Source of the DNA: Vermamoeba vermiformis
Lineage: Eukaryota
Assembly: GCA_045837725.1 (NCBI GenBank)
Contig: JBEWZL010000124.1
Location: 558,001 to 622,000 of the forward strand
Reading direction: 5' to 3'
Length of the DNA stretch: 64,000 nucleotides
The notes under the pieces are model-generated. The model searched no databases, was not told the origin of the DNA, and was given only the letters and a program-made list of their open reading frames with translations. This document shows positions 61,043-64,000 of this stretch, piece after piece. The stretch's first letter is position 1. Each line of letters begins with the position of its first letter. A program made the position numbers and the translations under genes.

Positions 61043-61735
61043 ATTGTTGGATCGGAAGAGGAGTGGTGGTCGTGTGGTGTTGTTCGTTGGGTTGTCTGAA
61101 TAAATTTGTTCTCGTTGACGAGCTCTTTTTAGGTTCGAACCAAAGATTGACAGGAGAATTAGCTCGAGTGATTTCCTGGTAGAATTCACACCACGTGAGA
61201 TTAATATCAGTTCTCGCCAAAAATTACTCGACCGAACAATCGCGATTAAATCACACACAAATTGTCGACATCCACGCGAAAATAGACAGAAAACTGGCAC
61301 TACCGAACAAACGTTGCGATCGCAGTGTTTACGCCTTTATCCATCAGATTAGTACATCTTACCTTTTGACAGCATTTTATGATAATTTAGCTACAGCTCA
61401 GCGGATGCACGTACGAAGCAGATCTGACGTGTCATCTTGTACCATCAACGTGTTTAAGCAAAGCAAGCTTTTTTAAACGAACAATAAATTCATTGAGGCT
61501 TACAACGATTTAATTTTATCGTGGATCTGGGGATTTTTATTTCAAAGTTTTGGCTATTTTTTTATTTTCGCGCAGCCCGTGGAACGAGGACAAGAGACGT
61601 TTGTTGTATTTGTTGAACATCGATCTCTTTGTCTTGCAAACTCGATTTTGCTCGTTACCAGTGTCCTGCAACTTCTTTCAGACTCAATTGAATCCTGATC
61701 GAAGGCGGTTAATTTAAATCCAAGTAGATTCGAAA

Positions 61736-63657
61736 ATGCGACCATTATTTAAGGGTCTCTTGTTTGTAACAATATTCTCTATAGTCATTTTATACTCTTC
61801 TATCTATTATTTCAATCGGTAAGCAGCAGTTTCATTTTTTCGATCTTCAGTTACTATTTTTTTGATAATTGTAAATTATTAGAAATCCTAATCATAATAA
61901 TAGGGCCAATGGAAGAATAGTGGAAGAAGAGCGTCCATGGTTTGACAAGACCGGAGAAAAACTGGCGGTTATTGATGAGGGAGAATACAAGCCTCTCAGA
62001 CTTGCTATTTTGCTCATGGTTCATAGTATTGATACTGCCATTGGAATTGAACGAGTAATGACAAGATTGTACGATCCTAGACACACTTTTGTCATCCACG
62101 TCGACGGGTATGAATCTGAGCGTTATTATATTTATTTAATTAATTCCTTTCGGTAATTATTAAAAATCAAGTATTAACATATTTTTGCAATTGTAGAAGC
62201 GCTGATTTCAGGACTTTAACTCTGATGCGCACAATTGTCCGTCAGTTCGATCCACAAGGAACAAATACGTTCATTATCAGAACTCAACACAACCTTTGGG
62301 GAGGTATTTCTTTGGTACGTAGCTTTATAATAATTACGGGTAATAGAAAAAAATTTAATTTATCCTAATTTTAGATCCAAACTTATCTTGACATGGTAAA
62401 CAAAGCCTTGACCTCTGGTCGCGAGTGGGACTTTGCTATTAATTTTAGTGGCAATTGCTACCCGATCAAGACTTTGTATCAGATTGAGACTCGGTTGAAC
62501 AATTTAAAGGGTCGCAATTTTATGGATATTGACGGTAAGTAACGGCCTTAATCGTGGCTATGTTTTTTTCTGCAAGGTACTTAGCTAAATGAATCTTGCA
62601 ACAGGTTTGTCTGGCTACCAAGACCTAGGTAAGACTGACGACCGATGGGGCCGATTTTGGATCGAAGTCGAACGAATGCCTTCACTGCCCAACACTCATC
62701 GTAGCAGCACTCTTCGTGTCGAGGACATTTGTCCCTCTTGCTACAAAGAGCAAGCTAACAGCTGGGGATGGGTCAGAACGGTGAGTGACACGCCTGACGT
62801 TGACTGCACGGAGCAGTTCACTGAACAAATCCTCAATTAGGTTACTGGAGCTGATTTCAAGCGCATTTATCCCACTTCTCCGGGTTTGACGCGCGAAACT
62901 GTGCGTCAAGGCTCTCAATGGGTGACACTGACTCGTGAGTTCTGCGAGTTCATGATGAGCGGTATGTGTCCATAGAAATAAGTGTATTTAAGCACTAGTA
63001 TTCTTTATCATGATGTTTTGTCGTGTGTCCTGACCTCTGAAATACCTTGAAGTCGACTTTTACACGTTCTGATCCACCTAAATTATGCACCCGTTGCTTT
63101 CATTCTAAATGCCGTTCTGTTGCTAATATTGTTCTTTAGACCCTCTCGCACGTGACTATTTGGTCGCTTTTGGTACCACCTTCGTTCCCGATGAGTCCTT
63201 CATTCCAACTTTGCTTTACACTACGGAATGGAACCGCACTTTGTTCGATGCCGCCACAGCTTCTGCAGCAGAAAAGAAACAAGCACTGATGCGTCACATT
63301 GTCTGGACCCCCGGTCAATGGCATCCTGACGTGCTCAAGTCCAAGGACTTGCCCAAGATCTTCGCTAGCAATGGTCTCTTTGCACGCAAATTCGATCCAT
63401 GGGCTTCGCGTGTCTACGAAGATATCGACTTTGTTATTGACTCTACGGTACCTGAGCACAGCAGGTACTCAACCTACAATAGTACTATTACTATTAAGAA
63501 GCCTGATATCGATGAAGAGAACAAGAACAATAACGGCGAAGACAACAACGGCACGGGAAATAATAACGGGCACGGAAATGAAGACGTTGATGTGACGTAC
63601 CGCAAAGAAAATACGCGGTCTAGAAGGAAAATTCATTTTGCTGGGCGATCCGAGTAA
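61736..63657 (+). CDS. GT14 glycosyltransferase (core-2/I-branching/xylosyltransferase-like), type II membrane
   Basis: LAILLMVH, FVIHVD, WGGISL, INFSGNCYP, GSQWVTLTREF, PDESFIPT and FARKFD. Confidence 0.92.
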
Positions 63658-64000
63658 ACAGAGAGCTCCTTTTCTGGTTCGGATGTAGATTTGTAAAGTA
63701 GTCGCGCGAATAAATTTAGCTGGTAAACTAGCATCATATAAATACTAAGGCTATTCTTATTGTTGTTTTGAAACGTTGCAAACTCGGAAGAATTTTATTG
63801 GAGCCCGGCCGGTGATTTAAATGAAAAAAAACCCGAAAGAAATAAAAGATAAGATTAATTCAATTAAAGCAACACGTCAACACTTAATCGGACTTAACCT
63901 GCTTGGTATCAACGTAAATAGCAGGTAGTGAAGGTAGTCGAAAGAAAGAACTCTGATCGACGACGTTGCACCTACGAAATACGTTGAACAAGCAGATCGA

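Overview
Gene-dense, intron-rich eukaryotic DNA with short AT-rich GT-AG introns and often <150 bp between genes. The gene content suggests a free-living protist, possibly an amoebozoan (inference). About 33 protein-coding loci can be reconstructed by hand. They include a PPDK_N/PEP-utilising enzyme, M20 peptidase, CYTH-like protein, AP-5 sigma, USP4/15-like DUB, divergent actin, MOB1-like protein, ABCC transporter, SDR, Sec5, EEP phosphodiesterase, HYKK-like kinase, SLC26/SulP and a GT14 glycosyltransferase. Top observations: (1) a 152-aa ninjurin (NINJ1)-like membrane protein at 40101-40608; (2) a P-loop NTPase + PD-(D/E)xK-like nuclease gene whose 1.7-kb main exon is almost CpG-free while its neighbours are CpG-rich, with a spliced mitochondrial-presequence-like leader; (3) an 871-bp non-autonomous DNA transposon with ~72-bp TIRs and an 8-bp TSD; (4) unusual domain fusions (linker histone H15+WWE, F-box/LRR+RPA70C, kinase+ADF-H, UBZ4+F-box, vWA+RGG+CBM48); (5) a triplicated intronless CxxSxPCQH mini-protein family; (6) an apparent concentration of RGATCY motifs in introns. 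Many single-base frameshifts in otherwise intact genes probably reflect assembly indels. All homology calls come from motif recognition, not database searches.
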